Below, in pieces: positions 13,276 through 26,806 of a stretch of DNA of 64,000 bases. The position numbers and the translations under genes were made by a program. The stretch is taken from positions 237,832,001 to 237,896,000 of the forward strand of contig NC_086098.1 of NCBI RefSeq assembly GCF_963921235.1. The letters run 5' to 3'. Position 1 is the first letter of the stretch; every line of letters starts with the position of its first letter. Below the pieces are notes generated by a model. It was not told the DNA's origin. It did not search any database and was given only the letters and a program-made list of their open reading frames with translations. The DNA comes from Mobula hypostoma (Eukaryota).

Positions 13276-14954
13276 CTGTATGAGAGAGGACGAAGGGGAA
13301 TAGAAACAGTATTATTTCATGGACTGTTCAAAGATAGAAACACCACGGCCGAAATTAACACAGTCATTGGGACACAGCAAACGGCACATTTGACCCCTCG
13401 GGTACAAAGCTTTGAATGAAGAGTTGCCCGGATTATTCGCAGCCTTGCGCGGCTACGACGTGACATCATTTATTTAAAAAAATGTTTTTGGATCCACTCT
13501 GCTCCCGGCACTGCATTGTGTTAAAAGACAGCTTCAATACTACTCAGTCTCTTTGCTGATTGCCCACGCCGTGCACATATGATTGGTCCCTCTCGTGAGA
13601 CTAGTTCCTTGTTGTTCTCCAATAATTTCCCAAATCTTGAACTCTTAGGACAATAACTGAAAATACTACACCTTCAGTTGGGATGTCCCGAGTCCGGGAA
13701 AACTCAATCGATATCTAAGACTCAGTACCCAGTGACTGAGGAGGAAATGACGGAAAAAAGAGCAGGTCTGTGAACCGGTGGAAAGCGGGAAGAGGGAAAA
13801 CGACTCGTTCAGACTCACATTGCATTCCGAACCCTGGTAACCCGGTATATCACCGCTCGACTCTGTGAAAAGCCTCTTTTCTACCCAGCACCTTCCCCTA
13901 GTGTGTATTATTTTTAAAGTGCGATGTTCTTCTCCCGTGTTTTCTACAATCACAACGACACGGTTCTTAACAACAAACTGTCAATTGCGTTAACTTAAAT
14001 TGGTGAACATCTTGCTCTGTGGTGCAGGATTTACCGCACCCAGAAAAAATATGGAATATTCGCGACAACATGTTCTCAGAGGAGGTGAATGAAGAGGGAG
14101 GATAGAAGTCATGCTTGTGGTAGCAACCATTTCCCCCCAAAAAATGTGAACATTACTCAAGACCGTATGGGAGATAGCGACAGGATGGACAGTCAAGATT
14201 TTTCCCCCAGGGCAGAAATCTAAGCCGAGAGGAGAAAATTTTAAAGGAGAGTTCGGTGAATGTTTACATTTTTACAGAGTGATGGGTGCATGAGGTGGAG
14301 GAGGCAGATACGACAGGGACGTTTAAAAAGCTGTTAGACGGACACGTGTGTGCTGAGAATGGAAGCTCATGGAGCTTATGTAGACAGCAAGGATTGGTTT
14401 AATTTGACATCATAGAGGTAATAAGGCAATTAAATGGTTCTCTAGTACGATAGGATGGAATTTTGACCTCACAAGCTACATCCTTATGATCTTGCAACTT
14501 ACCTACCTGCGCTGCATTTCCTCTGTGCTTGGTACATTTTCTTCTGTATTAAGCTGTCAATGCACTGTCATCCCGTGATCTTTATGGACAGTGTGCAAGA
14601 CAAACTTTTCATTGTATCTTGTGAAAATTAGTAAAAGAAAACCAATACTAAAAATACAAACCACGGGTTCCGTTGTGTTAAACAGCAGAGAGGTCGGAAA
14701 GTATTGATTTCTGCTTCACCGACTGAAGTAGGTCAAAAGGGACCAACAAAAAATTTGTTCACAAGTGAAACGATCATTAATTTAATTAAGGATGACTCGA
14801 TGGGCTGAACGGCCTCTTTGCCAGACTGAGACAAATGGAACCTCCCACAGTGTAGAAATATGACAAGACTTCCCTGGACGGCGTTTTATCCAGCTGTGGG
14901 GAATGAGAGTGGGTGTAATAGGAATTGTTTGGAACAGAATGAGGGGTCACTTAC

Positions 14955-15308
14955 TCTTAATATCCAGGATGGTGCCTGGACCGAAGAAAAGTGCATTATC
15001 CCACGCTGCACAGTAATAGACGGCGGAATCCCGGGGCTCCAAACTGCTGATGGTCAGGATGTGACTGTTACTGGAGGTGTCTCTGGACGGTTGAAAACGG
15101 TTTGTTATCCCTGTCCCTCGGTATATATCATTGTCCGGCTGATGTTCTAACACCCACGCCGGTCTCTCCCCGGGACGCTGTCGGTACCAGCACATGTAGT
15201 AACTTCCAACATTACCGTTCTGTATTCGACACTCCAAGCGGACAGTTTGCCCCGCGGAAACAGGTCCAGACATTGGGGTCTGATTGAGCACTGGGGCCGC
15301 GTGGATAT
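14955..15308 (-). CDS. Germline-joined VJ exon of the type I / sigma-cart Ig light chain
   Basis: Acceptor gctttattgcag. Open frame DIHAAPVLNQTP...LECRIQ...WYRQRPG...DSAVYYCAAWDNALFFGPGTILDIK, then donor A|gtaagt. No RSS or spacer between V and J. Long CDR2 typical of sigma-type VL. Confidence 0.95.
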
Positions 15309-15415
15309 CTGCAATAAAGCACAATAAAACCAGTGGGTGACTTGGAACAAAATAAAAATCAGGAGTAATCCCAATGTTAACGGAAATTCCGTGAGTAAAC
15401 CAATCCGACTCTCAC

Positions 15416-15464
15416 CTGGTAAATGAACCAACAGAACCCACAGGAGATGCAGCGCTGGGGACAT
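15416..15464 (-). CDS. Leader exon of the Ig light chain
   Basis: ATG...MSPALHLLWVLLVHLP+G, donor G|gtgaga. Phase 1 matches the VJ exon; intron is 107 nt. Confidence 0.9.
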
Positions 15465-15523
15465 TCCTCCGGACAGGTGCAGACAGCGAGCGCCCAAAAA
15501 TTCCAACAGAACCATGCGTTGTT

Positions 15524-15531
15524 CTGCAAAC
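15524..15531 (-). promoter_or_regulatory. Degenerate octamer candidate upstream of the IgL leader
   Basis: GTTTGCAG (two mismatches to ATTTGCAT) about 60 nt upstream of the ATG. Confidence 0.25.
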
Positions 15532-17039
15532 GTCGGGCAACTGCTCAGATTTCAAAGCCAACAAACTGTGGTCGCCGGGTCCGTTTATTAATTGCCATGT
15601 TAATCAGTGGGCGGCGCCATAGAAAGAATGTGGGCGGAGATTGACTTGCTGACCTTCGGAAACTTTGAATGGGCACCGTGCCGATTTTTAAAACCTTAAC
15701 CCCTAATTTCAAGATTGTTTCATCTTCAGTTGTATCACATATCCAGGCCTGCAGAACGTTGGACAATACTCAGGCTAAACTTATTTTAGACATTGTTTTA
15801 GAGGGCGGCTTCCCTCTGGAACAGTGGGTGTGGGTAGTGGTGGCATCGGCCTCTCGTCTCTGCTCAGAATGGCTAATGAAAACAGAACTTTTCAAGGTCA
15901 CATCAAATTTCTACAAAGTCTCTATGCCATCCAAAAATTAACTCGACAATACATCGGTTCTTATCTGAGAATATATCATTCCTGCAGAGAGCATGTCGGT
16001 GTTTTGCTTATGAGAGAATAGAGTCTGTCGCTAAAATGCGTAACTCTCAACCGACAAGTGTTTTTCTCTGTATTCTCTGAAGCGTGCCTGGGCAGAATTT
16101 CATTTAATGTCAGACAATGGGGTCAGTCATTGTGCAAAGAGGTTGCAGTGGAACGCAATCTGTCAACAGGGATTATAACATTCAAAGTTCAATATAAATT
16201 TACTATAAAAGTGCGGTAAGTCTTCATATACTTCCCTAAGTTTCATGAACTTGCGGGCATTCGCAGTAGATATTAAGGAATACAATAGAATCAAGGAAAA
16301 GCTAAACACGAAGATGGCCAAACAACCAATGTGCAAAATAAGACATAATGTGCAAATACAAACAAACAAATAAATACATTCATAAATAGATGGATTACCA
16401 AACATTAGTCTGCCTTGCATAAACATTCACTTCGCACTTCATTTCAGCCTGTCGATTTTCATGCTATGCCACTCAGACACCTGTGCTTATATCTATTTTC
16501 TGACTGCATGTTTTGGATCGTTACTGTATCTAATGTGTATGGCTTTATCTACTGTGTTTTTCACCTTGGCCTCATAGGAAAGGTGGTTCTTTTGTGTACA
16601 TGTGTATTGTTAATTGGCAGTAAACTTCAACATGAACTTGCACTCTTGACCTCAGTCTTTCGCCATTGAAATCTACTCCAATTTAGAACATTTTCTACAC
16701 ATGCCTCAGGTTTTCCACGTTTTATTCCGTATTTTGCATCCCCACGTGTTTTCGTAACCTATGAACATCAACTCAGTTATTCTGCACTGTCCTGATAACC
16801 CTGATAATCAACAAACATGTCAATATTACACTTCGTTCCCTTCTCCAAATCTTTGGATATACACTGTGAACAGCTGGATTTCTTTCATCAGCAAACTCTT
16901 ACAAATCTCTTTACAGGTAGCCTGCTGATAATCAACATGCACTGTGTCCGCTGATTGCCAATCTCTCCACTGCGTAAGTTATGACACGATTACCAAGAGA
17001 TCACCAAGAGATTTGCCATATCAAGTTTTCTATCCCTGT

Positions 17040-20000
17040 TTACCGGATGATCTGCAGGCACTTCCTTAATGTGAGCAGAGCGAAGGTACAATTGATCGAA
17101 GTTACAGGGAAGTAGTCACCCCGAAGTTGCAGGAGGCGAGCAGCTGCGTGACTGTCAGGAGAAATGGAAATGGGTAGATAGAACAGAGCACCCCTATGGC
17201 TGTTCCCCTCAAAAACAAGTATACCGCTTTGGATACTTTTGTGGAGGATGACCACCAGGGAGAATGCCACCGCGACCGGGTTACAGGCTCTGAGCATGGG
17301 ATCGTGGTGTAGAAGGGAAAGAGAGAGAAGGAAGGAGAGGTCATAATAGAGGACTCGATGGAGAGGGGAACAGACAGGAGTTACTTAGGCGTGAACGGGA
17401 CACCCGGATGGTATGTTGCCTCCCAGGTACCAGGGTCAGGGGAGCAGCCAGACTTCTTGGTACATATTGGTTCCAATGACATAGGAAGGGAAATAAATGA
17501 GATCCTGAAAAGAGAATTTAAAGAGCGAGGTAGAAAGCTAAAACGCAGAGCCAACCGAGTAGTAATTTCTGGATTGCTGCCTGAGCCACGAGCCAGCAGG
17601 GTAGAAACAGGGTAGATGATTTGCAGATAAATGTCTGGCTGAGAAGTAGGGTGTCAGGTTATTGCATAATTGGGATTTCTTATGGGGGAGTTACGACCCG
17701 TTCAAAAGTGATGGATTGTCATAGATTCAGAAGAAGTTCAATCCTTGTGGGTTGAGTTGAGAAACTGCAAGGGTAAGAGGACATTAATGGCAGTTATATA
17801 CAGGCCTCCCAAAAGTGGCTGGGAGGTGGACCACACGTTACAACAGGAAATATAGAAGGTGCATCAAACGAGCAATGTAGTTACGGGAGACTTTAACATG
17901 CTGGTCGATTGAGAAAATCAGGTTGGTAATGGACCTCAAGAGAGTGAGTTTTTTGAACGCCTGGAAGATAGCTTTTTAAAGCAGTTTGTCGCTGAGCCTA
18001 CAAGGGGATCAGTTATACTGGATTGGGTGTTGGTAATGAACCGGAGTCGATGAGGGAGCTTAAGGTCAAAGAACCCTTTGGGTTTACCATTGTAAACCCG
18101 TAGTGATCACATGAAATTTGATAGGGAGAAAGTGATGTCTGATGTAGCAGTATTTCAGTGCAGTAAGGGAAACTTCAGTGGTATGAGAGAGGAATTGGCC
18201 AAAGTAAATTGGAAGGAGCTGCAAACAGGCATGTCCGCAGAGCAGCAACGGCGTGCGCTTCTGGGAAAAATTAATAAGGTGCAGGACATGTGTATTCCAA
18301 AAATGAAGAAATACACAAATGGTAAAAGAGTACAATCGTAGCTGACAAGGAAAGTCAAAGCTACTGTATAAGCAAAAGAAAGGGCATACAACAGTGCAAA
18401 AAAATTGGGAAGATAGAGAATTCGGTAGTGTTAAAATACCTACAGAGAAAAACTAAAAACATCATTAGAAGGTAAAAGATGAAGCATGAAAGCAAGCTAG
18501 AATATAATATGAAGTGGATAGTAAAAGTTTTCTCAAGTGTGTTAACAATAAAAGAGAAATGGGAGTGGATATAGGACTGCTAGAAAATGAGGCAAACGAA
18601 ATCTTAACGAGGGACAAGGAGATGACTGACGAACGAAATGAGTATTTTGCCTCAGTCTTCACTATGGAAGACACGAACAGTGTGAGTGATGTTGTGGTGT
18701 ATGAAGGAAGAGAAGTGGGTGGTGTTACTGTTACAAGGGAGAAGGTGCTCAAAAAGCTGAAAGACTAAAAGGTACATAAGTCACCCGGACTAGAGGAACT
18801 GCAACATACTGTTCTGATAGAGGTAGCGTTAGAGATTACGGTGGAATGAGAAATGATCTTTCAAATATAATTGGACTCTGGCATGTTTCCAGAGGCCTAC
18901 AAATTTCAAATGCTACTCCTCTCTTTAAGAAAGGAGCAAGGCAGCAGAAAGGAAATTGTAGATCAGTTAGCCTGACCTCAGTGTTTGGGAAGACGTTAGA
19001 GCCAATTGTTGAAGATGAGGTGATGGACTACTTGGTGACACAGGACAACATAATACATCATCAGCATGGTTTCCTTCAGGGAAAATACTGCCTGACGAAC
19101 CTGTTGGAATTCTTTGAGATTGCAGGTAGCATAAGGGGGATGCAGTGGATGTTGTATGTTTGGACTTTCAGGAGGCCTTTCACAAGGTGCCACACATGAG
19201 CCTGCTTACCAAGTTAAGATCCAGAGATATAACAGAAATGTTACAAACATGGTTAGAGCATTGGCTGATTGGTAGGGGGCAGAGAGTGGGAATAAAATAA
19301 TCCTTTTCTGGTTGACTTCCAGTGACTCATTGTGTTCCGCAGGGGTCAGTGTTGGGACCAGTACTTTTCATGCTGTATATACATGATTTAGATGATAGAA
19401 TAGGTGGCTTTGTTGCCAAGTTTGCAGAAGATACGAAGATTGGTGGAGGTGCAGGTCCGTTGAGGAACGACTTGGACAGGTTAGAAGAATGCGAAAGAAA
19501 GTGGCAAATGAAATACAATGTTGGAAAGGCATGGTCATGCACTTTGGTAGTAGAAAAAATGTGCGGCCTATTTTCTAAACTGGGAGAAAACCAAGGAACC
19601 TGAGATGCAGTGGGACTTCGAGTCCTTGTGCAGAACACCCTGAGGGTCAACTTGCAGTTTGAGTCGCTGGTGAGGAAGGCAAATGGCACTTTAGCATTCA
19701 TTTCAAGAGGTCTGGAGTTCAAGAGCAAGGGTGTGATGCTGAGGCTTTATAAAGGTCTGGAGAGGCCTCACTTTGAGTACTGTGAACAATTTCGGCCCTC
19801 ATCTTAGAAAGGATGTGCTGGCATTGGACAGAGTCCAGAGGAGGTTCACAATGATTATTTCAGGAATGAAAGGGTTATCATACGAGGGAAGTTTAATGGC
19901 TCTGGGTCTTTACTCACTGCAATTCAGAAGGATGAAGGGGTATCTCACTGAAATCCTTGGAATGTTGAAAGACCAAGACATGGTAGATGTGGAAAGGAAG

Positions 20001-20290
20001 TTTCTATTGGTGGAAAACTGTAGGAAAAGAGGGCACAGCCTCATGATAGAGGGGCTCCCTTTCAAATCAAAGAAGCTGAGCAATTTCTTCAGCCAAACAG
20101 TGTTGAATTTGTGGAATTTGTTGCCACTTGCAGCTGTGGAGACCGGATCTTTGGGTGAATTTAAGGCAGATATTGATAGGTTATTGATTGGCCATGGCAT
20201 CAAACGTTACGGTGAGAAGGCCGGGTACTGGGGTTGTGTAGGAGATGAAAAAAAGAATCAGCCATGATTGAATGGGCCAGCAGACTCGAT
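17040..20290 (+). mobile_element. Long decayed CR1 element (ORF1, endonuclease, RT, 3' end)
   Basis: LVHIGSNDIG and VVISGLLP (ORF1), then RSVSLTSVFGK, QHGFLQGKYCLTNL, VPQGSVLGP, KFAEDTK and VQRRFT, with many stops and frameshifts. Confidence 0.9.
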
Positions 20291-20309
20291 GACCCGTGTT
20301 CCAATATAT

Positions 20310-21740
20310 TTCCGGAAGGCTTCCTTCGCCTTCTCATACATGTGTATAATTTCACCGACTCTTTATTTATGTACTTTCTTTAGCAGCCACCTCAGGTGAT
20401 GGCTGGGGCTGCCAAAGAGCCTGAGCAGCATTGCACTCTATGGACACCACAACAAACTGCAACTGCCCTTCAAATCCTTGGAGGAAGAATTCAAGGTAAC
20501 AAGAGTCTGAGAAGTGCTACAGTATAGGGACTCAAGTGACCCCAAGGTGGCTCGAGCAGGGATCCAAGTAAGTACTGGCAGGAAGTGCAGGGCAGAGGAA
20601 GCTGTTCAGAGGCAGAGGCGAGGCTGCGTCACAGGAGGCTGGTGGGAGTGGTCACACGAGGCCGAGCTGGGCTAGGATCCTTTCCAACTCCCCAAATGGA
20701 CACCAGAGGGAAGGAAAGGCGTCGTCTAGTTCAGGAGGAGGTGAGAGCAGTAGTGGAGGAGATAAGAGCCTGCAAGGCGGTGGAAATGAAGCAACAGGGA
20801 GCTTGAACAAGATGGGAGAATGCGGTTGAGAGGAAAGTGACCTGGGCCGTTCTTTGGAAAGCCGAAACACACCGCATCCAATTTCTCATCCAGGCGGTGT
20901 ACGATGTACTTCCAAGCCCATCAAACCTGCACACATGGGGCAAGGCAGATTCATCTGTGTGCCCACTGTACTCCAAGCGAGGAACCCTGGAGCACATCCT
21001 CAGCGGTTGTGCAAGGGCACTTGGTGAGGGACGGTACAGGTGAGGCATGATCAGGTCCTGAAGACCATCGCTGAAGCCATCAGCGCAGCAGTTGAGTGGG
21101 CGAAGCGGTCCCGACCCTCCAAGCAGACCATTGCCTTTGTCAGAGCTGGGGAGCAGCCAATACCTGCCAAAAGAACATCTGCAGGCATTCTGACCTCTGC
21201 CAGGGACTGGCAGCTGTTGGTGGACCTCGAAGGGCAGCTGAAGTTCCCCAAACATATCGCAGCCACCACCCTGCGACCAGGCATTGCCCTAGTGTCTGAG
21301 TCTACTAAGCAAGTGGTGCTGCTGGAGCTGACAGTCCCATGGGAAGATAGCTTGGAGGAGGCCTTTGAAAGGGAGCTCTCCAAGTACGCAGGACTGGTCA
21401 GCAACTGTCAGCAGGCTGTATGGAGAGCGAGGTGTCTCCCAGTGGAGGTTGGTTGTAGGGGATTCGTAGCCCGTTCTTTAGTTAGAGCCTTCAGCATTTT
21501 GGACATCGAGGGAGAGAGGAAGAAGAGAGCCATCCGCAGTACCACCGATGCGGCAGAGAGGGCCTCAAGATGGCTGTGGCTCAAAAGAGGGGAGCCATGG
21601 AGTCATAAGTAGCTAGCCATCTGGACACAAGCTGGGGTCTGATCAGCCGTGGCTGGGTCACCTGGAGGAGGTTGTATGATGTTGAAAGACCCGAAACACC
21701 CGATGATTCCAGGAACATCACTGAAGATGTATGTACACAG
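20310..21740 (+). mobile_element. 5'-truncated non-LTR retrotransposon with restriction-like endonuclease (HERO/NeSL-like)
   Basis: Zinc knuckle CPLYSKRGTLEHILSGC, then LRPGIALVS...VLLELTVPWE...KY and PVEVGCRGF. Stops present and the catalytic PD reads PG. Confidence 0.85.
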
Positions 21741-23330
21741 TAATGTTTCCAATCTCAGTATGAAATTGATCAACGTTATCCTTTCATAGATACATAGAAG
21801 CATAGAAGCCCTAGGGCACAATACAGGCCTTTCGGCCCACAAAGTTGTGCCGAACATGTCGTTACCTCAGAAATTACCTAGGATTACCCACAGCCCTCTA
21901 TTTTACTAAGCTACCCTAACCCAAAATGTCTTTCTATTTTAAACTTTATCTTACATACTTTTTGTGGGAGTTCTGGTGGCTGTACATCTCTCCTACTACG
22001 CCACTACAGCGGGATATAGCAAGGGTACAATATTAGCAGACTATTTTTCCACTGATATTGGGTGAAGCTACAACTAGAGATCATGGCATAAGGTTAAAAG
22101 ATGGAATGTTTAAAGGGAACATCGGAGGAAACTTCTTCACTCAAAGGATGGTGACAGTGTAGAAAGTCTTACCAGCTGTTGTGATGGATTAGGGTTGATC
22201 TCAACATTTATGGGAAATTTCGATGGAGGGAGGGGTATGGAGGCCGATGGTCTGGGTGCAGAATGACGGGGCTAAACATTTTAATAGTTCGGAACAGACT
22301 ATTACTTCATAACATTCTATGTTTATTTTGACCGGGTCATCAGCACTCTGGGGAACAAGAAAGAAATTTCACGACATATAGCAGTGACATTATACCTGAT
22401 TCCGATGCAGATCGTCACTCTAATGAGGGATGTTATAAACAGTAAGTCACGTGTGGAACATCACACCTCGCTTCCCTTCTCCATGATTTAGATTATCACC
22501 ACGCACCATTCCTTCTGCCACGATCTGCTGGATGCTGTGTAATAGATGAGAAGAAATTTCATCCATTTAAAAGTTCGACTTATGTGACACGGTGTCAATA
22601 TCTATCCAATAACGCAACAGTGAAACATTAGCTGGTTTTTATTTGTGAAATGCCCCGTGATTTTTTTTTAGTCGCTGACCAGAGTCGAGGATGGGATGGA
22701 TAGATGAATAGGGTCGGTCTGTCTGTGTTGTGAGCGGCACTGATGCAGCTGCGGACCGCGTCATCTCCCCACGGGACCGGGACGGGGTTTGCACAGCCTT
22801 TATTTAGCGACAGTTACACAAATTGCTGCTGTTTCTGTCCTGTTTGTGAAGTGGTGCAGGTGGCGCGGTCACGAGGTCCCGGGAAGGTGGGGGCGTTGAT
22901 GAGATACGGCAGATTTTTTTTAAAAATTCTCTCAATCTGAGAAACTTCAATAATAGGAAGAGTCAGATTCTGGAAATAAATCTTAAAAATAAAAGCTTAC
23001 ACAATTGGAATTTGTTGTGACAAGCGATGAATCGGGGGACAGGGGGACAGGGAAAGAGAGAGGGGCAGAGGAAGAGAAGTCGAATGAGTTATGGGAAGCA
23101 GGAGAGACAGCGGGTGAGATGATGAAAGCAGGGAAGGAGAGAGATTGGGTGGAAGAAAAAAACGGTGGGATGTGAGGCAGAATGAGTCAGATAAGAATGT
23201 GAGCGGAGGGAATGTGTGTGAGAGATGGGGAGAGACAGAGAGGAGAGTGACGGAAGCAGCGGGCGGGGGGTCACAGAGGCAGAGAAAGGGAGAGAGAGAG
23301 GAGGGAGAGGGGCAGAGCGCGAGGAGCGAG

Positions 23331-23331
23331 G

Positions 23332-23369
<38 letters not shown>
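23331..23369. repeat. (GT)n microsatellite
   Basis: Direct reading. Confidence 0.95.
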
Positions 23370-23370
<1 letters not shown>

Positions 23371-25719
23371 AGAAAGACAGAAAGAGGAGGGGTGGAGGAG
23401 ATAATGACTCTCTCAGCTCCGTGTCTGATAAACGTATAACTCTGAAAGCAGCGAACAGAAAACTCACTTGAGCAACATGAGGATTTGTGAATAGCCCGGA
23501 GGGTCATCATGGGCTCGGTATCTCGCTCCATCTCTGAACCAACCCGCAGCACAATCTGAGGACCCCAGTAAATTTTTCAATACTAGACACACAAGGGAAT
23601 ATATAAGATCACGCACGGACCTCGCGCACCTGCTTTGTTGTTATCCAAGATCTGAAATGGTCATAATCCCAGCACTGTCCAGCCGATATCCACAGCGATA
23701 ATATTTGTTAGACGCCCTTGGAGTGGTTCTTGTTGAGCCTTACTGACAACCAACTATGACACTAATTTCCTGTCCCTGAGAGCCGCGATATTTAGACTTA
23801 CACAGTTATACAGCACAGAAGTGGGCATCTCTGCAAAACGTGTCAAAGCCGGCCAAGTTGCCTAACTGCGCTCATCCCATTTGTATGCGTTTGACTGATG
23901 TCACAATAAAATTTTTATATCGGTCTGACTGCCCGGATGTGTTTCAACCTGAACAATTTTACTTCTGTCTACCACTACATCTAGCAGGTTGTGAAACATA
24001 TCTACCACTAGTCTTCGGATCTAAGTCTCCGTGTCGGTCGTGTAACCTTTGCTTCCCTTGGGGAGAGGACTGACTCAAAGACATGATCTTATCTGGCTGA
24101 ATAGTGCCACACCAACAACCTCTCACTGAATGTCAGCTAAACCAAAGAACAGTTTATTGATTACTGGGGACGAATTCGGAGATCCTTCAGCCAGTCCTCA
24201 TCAGGAGATCAGAGATGTTATCATTTTCGTCCAGTGTCCAACCCACAACCGCCATTACAAAGAAGCCACGGCAGGGCCACTACTTTCTTCGAAGTTTGCA
24301 AAGCTTGGCATGATATCTGTAACTCTTACAAAAATGCATGATTGAGTCTATATTGACGACTTGTATCTTTGCCTGCTATGGAAACACCAGTACTCTTGAA
24401 TGGAAAGACCTGCACAAAAAGGAGGATAAAGCCGAGATCATCACTATTATAGTCCTCCCAACTGTTGAGAACACCTAAAGCGGAGCAGTCGCATGAAAGC
24501 AGCAACCATCCTCAAGGGCACCCTCCCCACCAACCCCACTGTGCAAGCCTTGCTCTCTTCTCGTTGCTGCCATAAGAAGAATGTACATGAGCCTTAGGCC
24601 CACAATTATGGGACAGTTATCACCTTCTACTATCATCTTCTATCTGTCTATCACCTTCCTCTGGTTCTCCTACCACGGTTCTAACCTGCATGGCTTTCAC
24701 TCCTCCCCTGTCACACTACCCCTTCTCCCACTCTGTATCTCTTTCACCAATCAAGTTCCCAGCTCTTTACTACACATCACCTCCACACCCACCCCACCCC
24801 CCGGATTCACCCATCACGTTGTGTTTCTACCTTTCTCCCCCCCTCCCCCCCACCATCCTTTAGACTCTGAATTCACAACTTTTTCCCTAGACCTGATAAA
24901 GGGTCTCAGCCCGAAACGTCGACAATTCTGTTCCACAGGTGCTGATGGGCTGCTGAGTTCCTCCAGCATTTTGTGTCTGTTGCTGTTTCTTTCTTCCGTG
25001 CTGCTGTTTTATCGACATAGGTATCATTTTAAACAGTTAAGATTGACAGTGAAAATACCTACGGAGTCATTTCAGAAATATTTCTGAATCTTAAAGCATA
25101 AACATAGGAGCTGCATCAGGCGATTCAGCCCATCACGTTTGACCCAGAATTCTATTGAGGCTCATTTATTGTCCTTCCGAACTCTGTTCCCTGCATTCTC
25201 GGTGGAATCTTTGACGCCGTTACTAATCAAGGATCCCTTAAATTCAGCTTTAAATATACCCAATGACGAAGCTCCCACAGCTATCTGTGGCAATGAATTG
25301 TACATCTAATTTTGATGCCTATGATGGAAAAAGCTCCTTCTACTATTCAACAGTAATGAGCTGCTGACGGAAGGAGTTCAAATATTTCCTCTCTACACTG
25401 TGTATGTGGAACCGAACGCCCCCGTGTCTTCCACCGTTGCAGGCTGAAGTCGAATGTCTTCACTACTCCCCATGTAACAGGTCCCGTGGGTTGTTACTTT
25501 TCTGCACCTGTGTATCAGTTCTGGGTATCTTCTTTCACTTGACTCACGTGGACTGTTAAGGCATGAATATGCTCCACAAGCATATCCAAAATGCAACCGA
25601 ATCAGCGCGTTATTCGATGGCAGCAGTAAATAGGCGGATTGGGAAGAGGCCATGGAGGAAATATAATAGCAATCTCTACTCTTACCTCTTTATTCGGAAC
25701 CTCCTCTATGTCCATGGCC

Positions 25720-26225
25720 TGCTGCTGTTCGACATATTTTGCGTTCAGATATGCTCCTCTTCATCACTGTTGAAACCCCTAGTGTGCGCAACAGTGTTAA
25801 TACAGTCGAGTTACCGTCACCTTGCTGTCAGCTTGAACCAGTCCGACTATTCTCCACTGACCTCCCTCATTAACAAGGCGTTTTAGTCCATAGAACTGCT
25901 GATCACTGGATGATTTTCTTTAATTGTTTAATCGGTTGTTTTTCGCATCATTCTCTGTAAACTCCAGTAACAGTTGTGTGTGAAAATTCCAGGAGAGCAG
26001 CGGTTTCCGAAATACTCGAACCGCTCCATCTGGCACCAAATATCATTCCGATCAAATTCACTTTTCTTCTCCATTCAGTTCTGAGGTCCAACCAACAACT
26101 GAACTTCCTGATTGTTTATGCATACTTTTAAACAATGCGTTGTTGCCACTTGGCTGACTGATTAGATATTTACATTAATGATCGGGTATATAGGTGTACA
26201 AAATAAGCGACCACATAGTGTATTT
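25720..26225 (-). mobile_element. Tc1/mariner-like DNA transposon remnant
   Basis: Shares gtcagcttgaaccagtc...tcattaacaag with 54470-54800 and is complementary to the fragments at 30267-30325 and 31050-31250. Confidence 0.6.
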
Positions 26226-26806
26226 CTGTAAGGTGGAAGATTTTAATTCTTATATCACTCAATTCTACTCAACCCTTAACGAAAGTAGAGCATTGTGACT
26301 GGCGTTAACAGCGATCCTACAAAACCTTCAGCAAAATAGATCATCCGGTTAGGAACATGATACCCTGCTTAATATATTACAGGAATGACTACATCAATGA
26401 ATTAACTGGTGTAAAGCTCCTATTGTGCTGCTGAAATTCGGATTGGCGCAATCGAAATGCAAATCTAACTCTATTTTGCGTTGCTGACGTTGCTTTGGAA
26501 GGTTAAGACCGACTCGGGTCCTCGATAGCTCTCTACCGCCACCACATGTTCACCAGCGGAACTTCGAGCACCCGGAGTTCTCAGTTGCAACCCCCACCCC
26601 CACTATCTTTTATTGGTCATGTTGATGGAATAATTCAATTCTGGATAAAGAACACTGATGCTGCCCCCCCAGTAAAGAGTTTCAGCACCAAGGGCCTTTC
26701 AGTAAGAGAGTTCCAGACCTGCATACCGATTCAATCAGTTCCACTCGTTATCCTCCTAATTGTCTCGAATTTGACCCCACTAAGCAAGGAGACCCAACTA
26801 TGAGAC

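Noticed and set aside
21680-21735. GAAAC...CTGAAGA at the HERO 3' end as a hammerhead
   Set aside because: The motifs and stems do not assemble into a hammerhead topology; only a small acatc/gatgt hairpin is evident.
23520-23560. CAAGWFRDGARY resembling a Link module or C-type lectin N-terminus
   Set aside because: The remaining conserved Cys/Trp pattern of either fold is absent; too short to support a call.
25390-25653. Possible V pseudogene: minus ORF ending IRLQPATVEDTGAF followed by CACAGTG
   Set aside because: No YYC, WYxQ or first Cys in any frame, and no acceptable nonamer at 12 or 23 nt from the heptamer.
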